Assembly: GCA_951406725.2 (NCBI GenBank)
Contig: OX597817.1
Span: forward strand, 160,766,001 to 160,830,000
DNA length: 64,000 bases
From: Octopus vulgaris
Lineage: Eukaryota
Direction: 5' to 3'
Positions 39,973 through 54,396 of the stretch are shown here, in pieces. The translations under genes and the position numbers were made by a program. The number at the start of each line of letters is the position of its first letter. Position 1 is the stretch's first letter. The notes below the pieces were generated by a model, which saw only the letters and a program-made list of their open reading frames with translations, searched no databases and was not told the origin of the DNA.

Positions 39973-42389
39973 ATTGTTTTCTTTTTTAGTCTTATTTAGT
40001 AAAGTTTAACAATGGCAGTTAAATGGCTACTCAGATAGTTACTGTACTTGTGATTAGTAGTATAATTGTCAAAGTCCTAATCACAATTCTCAAAGAGAAA
40101 GAACTCAGAGTAACAACATGACAGATTCTATGCAGTGTTCTGATGCAGAAAGAGTATTGTAGTCTCTTCTAAATTGCACCATACTGTCTTGAAAATGGTC
40201 AGATATATTGGATTATGTAGTCTTAGATATGTGATGCTTGGGAGCATAATGTGATGTTCATAGCTGCAAAACATTTGACCATAGGTCTGCTCACCTGAGT
40301 TCATCTGGGGTTAACCAACAACAATGTAGTGATAAACAATAACAATTTTTGGATGACTGATTAACCTCTCACAGTGTTGATGTTAAGTGTTCAGTTTGAG
40401 TTGCAATACCACTACATAAACTATCAGGTAGTCTAGTGTATCAATCAGTTATTATCATTATTTAAATTTGTTAAGGAAAATAAATGTAATAATCAGTTTA
40501 AAATGTGTGTGTGTGTGTGCATATATGCATATATATCTTTTGTTCACATGGCAGAGACAGACCTTCACTGCAATATAAAAATGTAAGGCTGGTGCACCTT
40601 GTAACTGCAAGGCTGTAAATTCTGATGTCATAAATATATTTATGCACTGTTAATGTACCAATGTGTCAGGAGATGAATATTATAGGCAATTACTTTCATT
40701 GATATTATACTAATGTTCTGGCTTGTTGCTAACATAGCAAAATGTCTGTAGATTGTTGAACATGTAAGTACAGGAACTGTATGGATGAAAATTATACACA
40801 TCACACACACATTCTTTTTTTTTGTTTTATATTTGAAGAGGACATAGATTCTCTGAGGGCTAGACAAAAATATGTTGCTTCTTTTGACAATATTTGTTAG
40901 TTCGAGGCTTCAGCTACCAAATATCTCAACTACTATTCTATCTACCTGTGCATTGTTCTGTCCTTCCTGTTCATGTCAAATCAGGCAAACCAAATAAAAC
41001 AAAAAACAAACTTTTTGAAAGAATCCAAAAGAATATCTAGCTAGAATATGAAATCACAATACATGCAAGACAAACATTTATCTACATTTGTATCTGATCA
41101 AGTCAAAGCAGACACAAGATGGTAACAGCATTCTTAATTGTCTTAACAGCATGAGATATTAACTGGGTTGGATAGAAAACTTAGATAATCATGTATTGAT
41201 TTCTAATTTTGGTACAAGACCACAAATTTATAGGGAATGTGATTGTAGTTGATTGACTTGACCCTAGAAGGATGAACATCATTATCAAACCCAGTAGAAG
41301 CTGAATTCAAAATAGGAAGATTACATAAATACCACATGGCATTTAATATCATATTCTACTAATTCTGTTGTTCCACTGCTCAAATAAATGGTGTAATAAA
41401 ATTATAATGAATAATATGTACCCTAAGATTACATAAACTCTGAGATTCCCCTGATTGTGCCACTGCATTACTAAGTCATCTATGCCACCCTATTAGAATC
41501 CCTTCATACAATCTGAGTTACTTTGTTCAACCAAATAAATATTGGTTACCTCTATCCAATGTCTTTTGATGCAATCTTAGATATTATTTGTTAGTGTATT
41601 TGCTAGGGTAATAAGATGGAATTAGGCCTTTTTAAACAAAAGCAAAATAATGTTCATGTTAAAGCTACTGAGTTTCATTATGATATTATTTTGATAACCT
41701 CCAATAAAATTAGTATAATTAATTAATTTTACTGTAAGCACCACTGGCTTTATCATTATCATCATATTAATTGTGCTTGTGAGGTTTTGTAATACATTTA
41801 TAAGAAGACGGGGGATAAATTAATGAAAGAAATAAATAGAAGCTGGTTGCAAAAAAGAGAGGTGGTGACTAACATTTCATTGCTGCTTTGAATTTGAATA
41901 TATATCAAATAAACAAACGGATAGATGGAAGACAAATATTTTACCAAATTTTATGGTGTATTTGTATGTCTTTACCTTAAACAAATTTATTGGGGTAATG
42001 ATTTTTTGTCAATTGAAGAACCAAATTACTTTGCTTCAAACTACTGACACTGAACTGGATCCACAACATTTAGCTACTTAGCAAAAAAAAAAAAAAAGGG
42101 TTCCTGCTGTTCACAGCAGGAGCTTTATATATTTGAAGAGTGTTTTATTAGTTTACAATGATGAAGTCAGGTATTTGTATAGATACACTATACAAAGACA
42201 AAAACTTTCCTGTGGTGACTTTATGATCTAATAGTAAAAAAGTAATTAAAATATGGAGTAAAACAGTAAGGGTCCCATAAATAACAGTTATTAAAACATC
42301 ATTCATTACTACAAATAGATAACAAGTTCCAAAAGTAAACAAAGAAGATAAAAGTTGACATTCCAACATATTTCTTTAAATATAAACAG

Positions 42390-43665
42390 TACAAGTTATG
42401 TTGCAATGTGTGTGAAGTAATAGCAATGAGGTTTGTACTTGTAAACACAGCAAGAGTATGGTGCTTTACAAGTTAGAAGATTATCCAGATTTTAAACAGA
42501 CCAAGCCAAACAAAGATAGATTTATGAAGGCTTTCAATAATTATATAAGTTAGAAGATACACAATCTCAGTGTGGATAGAAAATGAGAGTGGCTGTGTGA
42601 TGTTTTAAGAAGAAGAAGTCAAGTTGTTGCCACCAAAAGTACACTTTAAAAAGTCAACAATTCTAAGAAGAGTGATTCAGGGAGCTGGCTGGGAGTCATT
42701 ACCAGTTGAAATAACTCATTCAGATTTATCCACAGTTATTATAAAAGCTATTCTAACTAGTTATTCTTGTATTGACAAATATCAAAAGTAATCAAGAGTC
42801 TTAATGATGTCAACAACCTACAGACAGTCGGCATTGCTTTTATATGGGGTCTGAAGAAAACAATATACAATTCGGTGTTAGAGAGTTTCAAGTATTTTAC
42901 TATCAGCCTTCTAAAACATTACAATACACATGAGAGATTATAATCTCTAGTAAGAATTTGTATGTAATATGAGAATTATAATGAGTAGTGATACATAATT
43001 TCATATTCGTGTTGCTGAAATGGCAAGGATGCATAGACAACTGGCAGGAGAGGTCAACAAGATCAGTGGTTCTCAATCATTTTTTCCCCTTTGGACCCCT
43101 TTGATTTCTATTTTACTTAAGTGGACTCTCATAACTATTTGAAATTTTAAAAATTCATTCTATAGTTTTGTAATTGAATACCATTAGGAATTGTATAAAA
43201 CATTGTTAAAATATGTCGTGTACTGCAGAAGTATAACCAATTTATTGTGCATAAATTTTAACAACAAAAGAGAGTGAACATAAAAGACAGATTGAGAAGA
43301 CAGAAAGTTTAAATTTTAGATGATGTAGTAGATACACCTGGCAACTTCCCAAGAAACTAAATCCACACGTATAACAATACGATGACTCAAATGTTCCCAT
43401 CAATGACTAAGAAGTTCCTAGCATAAAATGTTGCTGGATAGATCAAGAAAGAAATCATCCACTCACCAAAACATAAATTTGAAAGAGCTGTAAGGTTTGA
43501 GTATCATCAGCTATATAAAGTCTACCAAGAAATGGATGGTGATGCAGCAATATTAATTTACAAAACAAGAATTAAAGACTGCTATAAAAAATCTGGAAAT
43601 AGACAAAACCATGGAAGCTGACAAAATTTACTCAGAAATAATTACACACTTAGACTTAAGCATTG
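42390..43665 (+). mobile_element. Very old LINE (RTE-like) endonuclease-to-RT linker remnant
   Basis: Broken frames such as AIKNLEIDKTMEADKIYSEII resemble the pre-RT KA.G.D.I..E motif. Heavily decayed. Confidence 0.3.
43064..43270. mobile_element. hAT (Charlie-like) MITE fragment; related copy in the opposite orientation at about 45126-45405
   Basis: CAGTGGTTCTCAA / CAATGGTTCTCAACC termini and shared ggacccc/ggggtcc internal motifs. Confidence 0.55.
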
Positions 43666-44377
43666 TATAGGCACAGGCATGGTTAATGTGGTTGAGAAGT
43701 TTGCACCCCAGCCATGTGGTCTTTGGTTCAGTCCTACTGTGCAGTATCTTGACAAATGTTTTCTACTATAGCTCAGGTAGATGGAAACTGAAAGAAGCTG
43801 ATCGTGTGTGTGGTGTGTGTGTGTGTGTATGTGTGCATGTACATGAATATGTACCTTGTTTTGATATCATGTGATGGCTGTTAATGAACATTACCATTAT
43901 CTGAGAAATGTGGTCCATGAAAATATATCCAGCTTTGAGGATATATATAACATTGCTTGGAAACAGGAAGGGCATCTGGCCATAGAGAATTTGTCTCAAC
44001 AAATTTTGTCTATCCATGCAAGCATGGAAAAGTAAATGTTTAACTTGAGAGCAGCGTGGTAATCTGTTTTGCCAATGCTCTTAAGAGAAAAGAAAAGAAT
44101 ATAACCGGCAATATCATTACCACCCTGTCATGACATTTCCTTTATCAATAAAGATGTATTGGTTACATGAATCAATAGTCTTGCACCACTCCCTATCAAT
44201 GTTTAAGTATCAACAACTAAATTATAGGTGTCACTGTATATATATAATGGAATGTGATTGTTCAGTTTTTGCTGAACAATCTGCACAAATGATATATTTA
44301 TAGTGATTAAATGTGTGCATAATACATTAGCTCCCTCCTTCCATCAAACTGACATTTTGTGAACAGTGGACTGTTTG

Positions 44378-44690
44378 TATGAGATACATTCAAAAAGTAT
44401 CTGACTTTATTTTTTCCTGTCAAAACTAATGCCATGTGGGTAAAATCCTTAGGGTGGGAGATGATGCCACCCTTCCTGTGCATGTGTGAAAATTTTCACA
44501 CTGGTAGGCCACATCAGTTCCTGGCTGTTACACTTAGAGTACAGATGTGTAGTAGTATGCACTTGTCAGATTTTCGTTTTCACACAAGATGGCAACACAT
44601 TGAGCAGGGACCATAAACCCATGTCTCATCACTAGTGATGATGATCTTCATGAAGTTTGGGTCATGGTTTGCACAGTCCAGCAAATCTGC
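44378..44690. mobile_element. Rearranged Mariner remnant
   Basis: Mariner-like TIR (gagatacattcaaaaagtatctgac) on +. The minus strand at 44612-44690 reads DLLDCANHDPNFMKIIITSDETWVY, matching the TGDETW catalytic motif. Confidence 0.65.
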
Positions 44691-46143
44691 AACCCTTGGG
44701 ACAATGCTTTCTATTTAGAACCAGACATTACTCTTATTCTTATTAGTACAGGCCCCAGAGAAATTTCAAGTGCAATATATACTGAACTATATATCTAGGA
44801 TGACATGCTATTGCTGTCACACATGCAAGCATTGCACCATAGGCTGACTGACAATGACTCACTCACCAGCAATCAACAATGACTATCCCATAGAAATATT
44901 GCTTCTTCGGTGTCACTTACACCACCTCTACCTCAGCTTTTGCTCCTTTGGCTTCATTGACACCATGTTACATTTACCTTGGCTAAGCCAGTGAACACAC
45001 CCCTCCTCCTCTATCCAATCTCTTTGCCCAGATCTAGTACTACATAATTTAGCAAATTATTTCTCTACAGTTCAAGCATTCTGGAATTCTATCTGTATAT
45101 TTTTTCTTCTTCTTTTTGTCTAAGACAATGGTTCTCAACCAGGGTCCATATGATTTCTAAGGGTCCAAATAAGATAATGAATAGTAAATTGGGGATCTAC
45201 AATAGTATTTTAAGGGCTCTTGAAAAAAGTTTGCTTTAGATGTGTTGCAAGAAACAGCTAGATTTCTTTCTTGAAAAACAAAATAGGCATTTTGAAAGAA
45301 GTTTCTATACAACTAGTTTTTAAACATTGAATAGCTATGGGGGTCCACTAGAATAAAATAGTAATGGAAGGGAGTCCATAGATAAAAAATAAAAGAGAAT
45401 CCGTTTCAGGAGGTCAGACAAAAACTCTACCCCCACTGATTTCACTTGTCCAAGACCTTGGATGCTACACTTCTTTCTTACAGTAATTTTTTAAAAATAA
45501 CATTACCATAGGTACCAACATGTGAATGTGTGTCAGTGTGTATGTACTTTCTAAATTTTTATCATTCTAATCTTTATCTAACAATCCTTTTCCTTTCTTT
45601 CCCGCCTTCCATATTTTGATAAGCTTGCTAAACAAATGCCCTATCCTGTTAAATATTAACCCAGTGGTGACTTTTTACACAATGATACAAGTCATGATAA
45701 TTTATAAATGAATCTAATGATGAACTGTAATTTTATGATATAAAATTGCTTTATAACTTACAAGCTAATGGTAATGTTTTATACATTCATAGGAGAAAAA
45801 AATTAAATTTTAATATATGCTAATTACAGTATAGTTTAAGAGAGAAAATTTTAAATACCTTGTTGATCAGTTAACAATAATCTTTATCTTATTACTGACA
45901 AAGGAAATAAATTTTAAAGACAAGCCTATTTAAATTCACACATTTGCACACAAACATCCATGCATGTTCTCACACATAGATACATAATATATACATATAT
46001 ATACATATGCATACATGCACACACACACATATATTCATACATACGCGTGCACACAAACACACACACACACATAGTATATATCTTGTGAAGGGGCTACTAG
46101 GTAATGACAAATAAAGAATGTCAAATGATGAACAAATTATTAC

Positions 46144-46205
46144 CTTCAGCTTGTTGACTTCGGCTATAAGCTATAGTAGGCTGTTGACTGGGAAGAGGCA
46201 ATAAT
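46144..46205 (-). other. Putative 62-nt exon of the minus-strand transcript (frame RLLPLPSQQPTIAYSRSQQAE-)
   Basis: Acceptor tattttctcaccag and donor GAAG|GTAATA. The phase-1 end joins in frame to the exon starting at 21708 (G|AT = Asp). Confidence 0.45.
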
Positions 46206-46712
46206 CTGGTGAGAAAATAGATATGCGTACAACCTGTTGCAGATGACAGCTATGTATGATCTGAGGCTTCAAAGACTGACGATAAACTTAAGTATATATC
46301 ATTCAATTGAAAACAGTTGCTAGTAGTTTAGTTTCTCACGTGACTGGTAGAACTCAAAAACCACACAGTCATAATCCTGATGGTTCAGTGGGTTGTGGTC
46401 ATACTGCATAATATCTATTGTAGTTAGATTGTCTAAGTGTCACAGTAATCTTCAAAGAGAGAGCCCATATCCAACAGTGACACGTATGGTGATTTAAAAT
46501 ATATATTCACAAAATAACAAAGCATCTCGCAAGATTTTGTTCCATCTCATTTCTCAAATTGAAAGGCTTGTTGAGTTTTAAAGAAGGTGTGACATTCATG
46601 ACAGGTAACACTTTTATCTCAGGTCAGCTTGCTCTAGGCTAAACTGAGACTAAACAATAATAATTATAAAAAATTGCACTCAAAGAATAGAAAACAAAGT
46701 TAGGTAAATAGG

Positions 46713-46751
46713 AATCGTATTGCACAATTCTCAAAATATATAGCACTTAGC

Positions 46752-46795
<44 letters not shown>

Positions 46796-46832
46796 TAAGT
46801 GCTATATATTTTGAGAATTGTGCAATAGGATT
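46713..46832. repeat. About 40-bp inverted repeat flanking a (TA)n tract
   Basis: tattgcacaattctcaaaatatatagcacttag-(TA)n-ctaagtgctatatattttgagaattgtgcaata. Confidence 0.85.
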
Positions 46833-46926
46833 TGTGCAATATGATATATATATATATATATATATATATTGGTAAAAACGGTACGATAACAAAAGAGACC
46901 TCAATATTATGTAAATAGAAGAAATT

Positions 46927-47099
46927 TATCTGTAAATTAATATGTTACCATTATCCAATAGCCAAGATAAAACTCTGAGTTTCGGATACCGAAGTGGAAA
47001 TCCACAACACCGAAGAGATGGTGTTGTGGATTTCCACTTCGGCATTCAAAACTCAGAGTTTTATCTTGGCTATTGGATAATGGTAACATATTAATTTAC

Positions 47100-47104
<5 letters not shown>
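46927..47104. repeat. Palindrome with 85-bp arms and an 8-nt loop, between (TA)n tracts
   Basis: tatctgtaaatt...ccacaacacc-gaagagat-ggtgttgtgg...aatttacagata. The GAAGA loop plus GAAA-ctcagag-TT suggests a truncated hammerhead. Confidence 0.88.
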
Positions 47105-47134
<30 letters not shown>

Positions 47135-47701
47135 AAATAAGAAAATGGAGAAACATATCTAAATCATTCATCAACTATCAGATAATACCGAATCACATAC
47201 TTTATTAAAACACTACACAAGAGCATTAAGATTAGACATTAATACAGTACAACCCCTATCTCATTTTATATATATATATATATATCTATTATACATAAAA
47301 CATATTGCTAAATGTAGTATTATAGTTATATGGTAAGCAACACTGCTTCATAAGCACATGGTTTCTCAGTAGCTTTGCTAAAACATTTAAATTTATTATA
47401 GCTAGCATAATAAAACTGTTTGCCAGTTCTTATTATTGTCCGGGTTTCTCATAAACAGGTGTAAAAGTGTTAACAGTCATGATAGGGTGCATTGAAATTA
47501 AACTGCTTTATAGAGATACACTGGTATATTCACCTACAAAAATAGAAATATGCAGAGATATATACATTTGTACAAAACAAACACTAACACACCTACTTGC
47601 ATAGACACACAAGTATGCACCCATACCACAATCAGTAGACTCATGTACACACACTTATCACCATATATACACAAACGCCCCCACCATATTACACATCAAT
47701 G

Positions 47702-47757
<56 letters not shown>

Positions 47758-47963
47758 ACTATAAATATAATATGTGACAATTAGTTGGCTGTCATAATAA
47801 AGTTTTGGATGCCGGGGCTGAAGTCTGCTCTAACATTGCATCAGTTATTAAGACAAAGAAAAATGCTATGAAAAACTGTTGAATAAAGGCAAATTACTCC
47901 AAAAGGCATAGGGAAAGTACACATATACATACACGTATGCACACACACACTTGTGTGTGTGTA

Positions 47964-48319
47964 GATCCGATCGTGGCCGTTGCCAGCGCCGCCCCGACTG
48001 GCCTCCGTGCTGGTGACACGTAAAAAGCACCATCCGTTCGTGTTCGTTGCCAGCCTCGCCTGGCCCCCGTGCCGGTAGCACGTAAAAGCACCATCCGTTC
48101 TTGGCCGTTTGCCAGCTCCGTCTGGCTCCTGTGCGGGTGGCACGTAAAAAGCACCCCACTACACTCGTGGAGTGGTTGGCGTTAGGAAGGGCATCCAGCC
48201 GTAGAAACACTGCCAGATCAGACTGGACCTGATACAGCCTTCTGGCTTCACAGACCCCAGTTGAACCGTCCAACCCATGCTAGCATGGAAAACGGACGCT
48301 AAATGATGATGATGATGAT
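47964..48319 (+). mobile_element. SINE-like family B with 3-4 internal units
   Basis: Same consensus as 690-975. Confidence 0.88.
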
Positions 48320-49019
48320 ATACATACTCACACGCGTATGCATATACATACAAACACACACATATATATATGTCTGTACATATGTAAACATACATACGTA
48401 CATAAAATACAATACATGCACATACACATGTATATATACCCATGCATGCATCATTATGTTCATATACACATCTCTATATGCACATGCACATACATAAGCG
48501 GATACATAAAACGAAGTCTATACACACATGCACATTCATATAGGGATAAACATATATACAAATAAAAACATATATGCAAAAATATAAACCATAAAACATT
48601 CACCACAAAACTTGAATATATATATATGAGTTATATATGTATGTACACAAACACACCCTCCTGTCTGTCAAACACATCTACACCTGCAGATATATAAACG
48701 TATATACATACACATATGTAAGAAGGAAGGAGACAAGTACAACAGGTAGAGTCTTACACTCGTATATATACAATCACTCGTACACATGTAGATATGCATG
48801 CACATACACATTTGATATATACTACTCGTGTATATAGTTATACAATTATAAAGGGTAAAAAATAACATGCAGAAAAATATATAAAGCAATAAAAAATATA
48901 TAAGAAATGTGAAAGGCTTGTATGTGGACATAATATAAAAAGCAGGTTCTATCTGTGATCTTGGGGGGACCAAAAACGTAACAAATGTTTTACCATATGT
49001 GGACATGACCCAAAAAGTT

Positions 49020-50230
49020 CAGTTCTTGAATTTAGACATGTAGCGGGGTCTAAAGAACTTTTCCAGATGAGCCATCTTTCCATATCACATAGATGTCTCT
49101 AAATGTAGGTCTATCTTCCTTATCAATTACTTTCATAAGTTGTTTAAAAATGCTTCTCAGATAATTTGCCTAAAGTTAACTATTGCACTCTGATCAATAA
49201 GCTGGAGCATAAAAGTTGTATTCTTGGAAATATATTCTACTCTCATATTATCAGAAAATGCACTTAAGTGGCTTGGTGCATTGTCTAAAAGCAGCAAGGC
49301 TTTGTTGGAAATATATATAGCATTATACCTTTCTACAGTAAGACAAAAAATGTTTGCAGACCACTCTTTGAAAATGCTCTTAGTCATCCATACCTTCTTA
49401 TTTGAATATTAAATCAAAGTTAAATTAAATGCAGCATAACCTTTGAAAGATTTCGGGTTTTCAGAGTGATACATGGGTAGGGACTTTAATTTCATATCAC
49501 CAGTATTATTTCCTCAAAGAAAAGGTGTCAGAGTTTTGAAAGCTTTAAATCCTGGTCTACTTTTTTCATTTCAAGAAATAAAAGTTCAAGCAGGCATGAG
49601 TTTCCAGAATGGTGCACTTTCATCAATACTATACACTTTCTCAGGGCTATAAATTCCTTTAGCATTTTTTTTCAGACACTCAGAATAATTATCAGCTGCC
49701 TCTGTATCAGCAGTGGCAGCTTCAAATTCAAGCACTTCTTAAAGCTTTCAACCCAGCCTTAACTACCCAAAAAAGATTTATCATTAAAAGTTTCACAGAG
49801 CAGCTTTTTCCAGATATCGTCCCACAAACTTTTCACCTTTATTTATTTACCATTGTGCATGTCAGTACATTATATCAAGTCTGATCCTCAATACACATAC
49901 TGAGAAGAAAGTATAGATTCTAAATTCTTTAAATTTATCAGAGTTTCGTTAAGGGTTAAATTTGATATTATCCCCAAAAGTCATTCTATTTTAAATATCA
50001 CATTAAATTCATAAAAAAATAAGGTTCAAACAGTAAACAGAATAACAATTATTTGTCGTGATTTTTCTCTCTATTGTCATATATTGTTCCTCCTGTATAC
50101 ATTGCAAGCTTTAATGTTTTGAGAACATGGCTGATTTTTGTCTCCAGCATCAAACCTTTTAAAAATATCAATGTAATTCTTTTAGTTCTCTTTCACACTA
50201 CTACTGTCAGCTATACTCGATGGTTTATCT
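49020..50230 (-). mobile_element. Decayed Tigger/pogo (TIGD1-like, DDE_1) transposase
   Basis: WMTKSIFKEW...NKALLLLDNAPSH...KNTTFMLQLIDQSAIVNF, with upstream YHSENPKSFKG, RPGFKA, VYSIDE and GWVESFKK motifs. Multiple frameshifts. Confidence 0.85.
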
Positions 50231-50794
50231 CCAATTATCTTGAGTTATAGGCAAATACAACAGTAGAGGCAATGAACAATTATCCATCACAAGTATACAG
50301 CAAAGAAAAAAATAGCACCAGGATAAATGGCTTTGTAAGAACAAAAAAACTGTTGTCTTATTCCTGTGGATGTAGATATAGAAACGAGAAGGTGGAAGAG
50401 TGAGGTGAGAGGAAATACTGTATGACTACAGTTAGTTGAAAGGTTGTCAAGTTGAAGGGCGCTTCACTCCTTGCACCTCTGACTTGACCTATAAACACTC
50501 AACATTTTACTCACACACATACTGAGTTGTGTTGAAATACAATGCATGCAGCTACAGACATTGTTATCACGCTGAAACTATTACTGAAGGTTCCAGTTGG
50601 TTATTCAAATGTTGGTGAGTTTGTAGTGGTGTTGTGTGCATGGTGGACGAGTCATATTGTCCATATTAATGTATAGTAACTGTTTGGTCTCATGTCAACC
50701 CTCATTTACCTGAGATCAAAGATATTTTATTCAGCTTTTAAAATACACTAGAGTACCACATGTCACTGTCTTTATTTTAGATGGAGTTGCTTAC

Positions 50795-50857
50795 CTTGTC
50801 AATATTGTTGCTGGTGTTAATGATAGAGAGTGACAGTAGTGAAGGCTGGCTAACCAG
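50795..50857 (-). other. Putative 63-nt leader exon of the minus-strand transcript
   Basis: Acceptor tctttctgtctatctaattag and strong donor AAG|GTAAGC in non-repetitive sequence. Alternative acceptors lie nearby. Confidence 0.4.
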
Positions 50858-51194
50858 CTAATTAGATAGACAGAAAGATGAAAGGACAGACGGACGGGCA
50901 ATCATTGTAAACCCCCTAAATGTATACAAACACACCCAAATATTCACGGTAAAATATTTCACCTCAAACTTTTTAAGTGTTTATAGTGACGCATATACAA
51001 ACACTTGCATCTACACACACAAACGTACGTACCTGCGTATGTATGTATGTATGTATGTATGTATGTATCGAAAGCATAGTTGTTCAAATTGTTAACTACT
51101 TTGATCTTCGCTAAAACACCAAGAAGTAGCTTCTGGCTGAGAAGAAAGTATAGGTTCTAAATTCTTTAAATTTATCAGAGTTTCGATAAGGGCT

Positions 51195-51610
51195 AAAAAA
51201 AAGCCGACAAGCAGGACGTTATCAAAGAGAAGAAGGATGAGAGGTGCATACTCGTTGACATTGTAATACCTTACGTCAAAGACACAAAGAAGCTCGCCAA
51301 GTACAGAAACCTGGAGGTTGAAATCAATAAAAAGATAAAAATAATAGCTGTGGTCATCGAAGCTTTAAGACTCATGAAGACAGGAAAAGTTCACCAAACT
51401 TATCCTGGGCAACAGGAACATCTATTCAGTCCAGAAGATCGTACAACAGAGAACAAATGACATACAACAGAGAATGCTAACAATCATGTTATATCTTCCC
51501 TATAACACTTCAGGGCCGTAGTCCGGACCCGGTTCTACAGCTACATAAGATAGGAAGCGCAAAAGGAAAACAACAACAATCATAACAACAATGATCGCAA
51601 TAATAACAAT
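51195..51610 (+). mobile_element. R4/Dong-like RLE non-LTR retrotransposon 3' end
   Basis: DKQDVIKEKKDERCILVDIVIP..KKLAKYRNLEVEI..IIAVVIEALRLMK...IYSVQKI, followed by a (CAA/TAA)n tail. Confidence 0.75.
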
Positions 51611-52629
51611 AGTGGTTTCAAATTTTGGCTCAAGGCCAGTAATTGTAAGGAAAGGGGTAAGACGATTACATCGACTCAAGTACTTGTTTCATCGACTTCG
51701 AAAGGATGAAAGGCAAAGACGGCCTCATCAAAATTTGAACTCAGAACATTATGGTGGATGTAATAACATTAAGCATTTTGTCCGGCGTGCTAATGATTCT
51801 GCCAGCTTGCCGCTTTAGCAATAATAATAATAATAATGGTTTAAAGTTTTGGCACAAAGCCAGTAACTTTAGGGAGCAGAGTAAGCCAATTATATTGACC
51901 CTAGTGCTTAACTTGTGTTTATTTTATCGACTCCAAAAGGATGCAAGGCAAAGTCGATCTCGACGGAATTCTAACAAGCGATTTTTTAAAGACCTCATAA
52001 CAATCCTGCAAACGCAATAAAATGTGAGAAGAGGGGGTTCAGTCAATTATATCGACTCCATTACTTGACTAACTTTGAATCCAGAGCATAGAAAAGCCAG
52101 TAGAAATAATCCAAGGTACCCTAAGTTCTAATTTTTTATTTGGCCACAACTGAAACGACAGTAGGACAAATTAAACACACATACATTTGGTCTTACACAA
52201 TAATAATAATTAAAACAAAAAAGACATGACAACCAAGAGCACAAATAAAACGACATGTCTCGATAAGAAGAGGGCTATTTACGACCGATGAAGGAACTCA
52301 CATAACCAAAGTTATCAAAGACTTGTTCTCTGCCAACGGGCGATACTGAGAGTAAGTTCATTCATTCTAACCTCCATTATTCGAGCACCCACCTTTCAGC
52401 TCACGATCGTAACGTCATAAGTTCGATACCCGATGGTGCGTTGTGACCCTCATTTCGCAGTCTTACCATCAAGCACTAACTTGTCATTCTAATTGTCTTT
52501 TACAGTCAATCTAAGACCACACAATTCAATGTATCCCTCCTCAATTAAAACGGTTCATGTATTATTAATTTCACGTTGCTTTAGTCCACCCAACTGGCAA
52601 AAATGAGTTGAACATATAATTCAAAGTGC

Positions 52630-53047
52630 GGCAATCTTTCGTCTCTAGTAGACCTTTCCGTCGATTTCCGTAAAATTTTATTTTTTTTTTACATATGGGC
52701 TTGCGGGAACTTTTGAAGTAATGAGAGCGAAAGAGACTAAGAAAAAGCCATTTTATGACGAGGGAAGTTCTTTTGAAGTTACCGTGCATGGCAAGCATTG
52801 ATGTACATGTGTGTGTGTGTGTGTGTGTGTTTGATGGGGTGTGGGAGACAGACAGTATGTTGTGTAAGTGAAGTGCTTCTGTTAGTGTGTGTGAAGAGAC
52901 AGAGTAATGTGTGAAAGAAAGAGATAACTGAAATTTTTTACTCGGTGTATGTGTATATGTATGTATATTACTTCAAAAGTTCCCGCAAGCCCATATGTAA
53001 AAAATACGGAAATCGACGGAAAGGTCTACTAGAGACGAAAGATCGCC
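52630..53047. mobile_element. MITE with about 90-bp TIRs beginning GGC (Merlin-like)
   Basis: Perfect 8-bp TSD CAAAGTGC (52622-52629, 53048-53055). TIR GGCAATCTTTCGTCTCTAGTAGACCTTTCCGTCGATTTCCG. A partial second copy lies at 57538-57762. Confidence 0.85.
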
Positions 53048-53879
53048 CAAAGTGCTAACCTTGTCGCATTCTGAGTCACGATGAATCTCTCTGAGAACTA
53101 TGTTAAAGACGTGCGTGTCTGTGCAGTGCTTAGCTACTTGCACGTTAATTTCACAGGCAAGCTGTTTCGTTGATCGGATCAACTGAAACACTCGTCGTTG
53201 TAACTGACGGAATGCCATTGTATTTTTTTTTTTTTTCTTTGTTTTCGTATATATTCTTAAGAATCCTTAATTTCTTATGCAAAGCCACGAAACTTGAGAT
53301 TTTCAAGATAGCTTCAATACTGCATTTGATGTGAATTTATGTCAGCGAGAATCGAAACCGGCTCGTAGACTCAGCTAATAACGATACCCTTTCTTTAAGA
53401 ACAAGAACTCAAATGTATCGAAAGGAAATCGGATGACGTACCATTATGCTTTTCCAAAGGATCATTTGGATCACCTGTAATATGAATCAACAAAGAAACA
53501 ATTATGTGACCGTTTCACATGCTAGAAATAACAGCTAAATCTCCTTGAGATCATGTACAGGGAATGTAGTCTTGGGTACCTTTAAAAAGGCGGGATATTC
53601 ATGGTTAAAACCAGGACCGGCTCAAGCTAGTGTGTTGTGTTGTGCTGTCTGTAGTATGTACTTAAAAAATTCCTGAATAAAAATATATAAATAAATTAGT
53701 TAATCCAATATTTATAGAGACCCAGTTGCATATCTAAATGACCACTGCACATAAATCAGCTAACACGGATGTGTAGCGGATATATAAGCCGATCGAAATC
53801 GATTTGCTAGACACAGAGCCCATCGAAGAGTCGAATTACAGTTATTTTTATCGATCCAAATAATATTTGAAGGACCAAC

Positions 53880-53921
<42 letters not shown>

Positions 53922-53922
<1 letters not shown>

Positions 53923-54322
53923 TAGCAGTATCGCCCGGCGTAGCTCGGATTTGTAAGGGAAATAACTATATAAGCATTTTTAGAGAGTTATAGCCAAAAA
54001 ATAGCAAAAGAATGCATTAAAAATGGGAAAAAAATGATTGTAATTTGTTTTTTAATCATTGACTCATCGTAGACATTTTTAGAGAGTTACTTCCCTTATA
54101 TAATAGCGAAAAAATGCATTAAAATGGAAAAAAATGATGGTAAATTTTTTTAAAAATCGTAGACTCATCGTAGACGCGCGCTAATACCCAGAAGGGCTCG
54201 ATATGAATCACGACTATAAGATACCCGGTTTTGGTTAAACTGCACCGCAAAATGTGGGAGTAGTTAGGAATCTAAATCGTAGGAGACACACACACACACA
54301 ACTTCACTTTTATATATAAAGA
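53922..54322 (-). mobile_element. Non-autonomous Helitron, same family as 26049-26680
   Basis: CTAG and hairpin at 53922; TC at 54322; inserted in (TA)n; collinear with the 26-kb copy. Confidence 0.85.
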
Positions 54323-54323
54323 T

Positions 54324-54396
<73 letters not shown>

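Noticed and set aside
47990-48160. Regularly spaced GCACGTAAAA(A)GCACC repeats resembling a CRISPR array
   Set aside because: The intervening sequences are homologous to each other, the context is eukaryotic and there are no cas genes. It is a tandem unit inside a retroposon.
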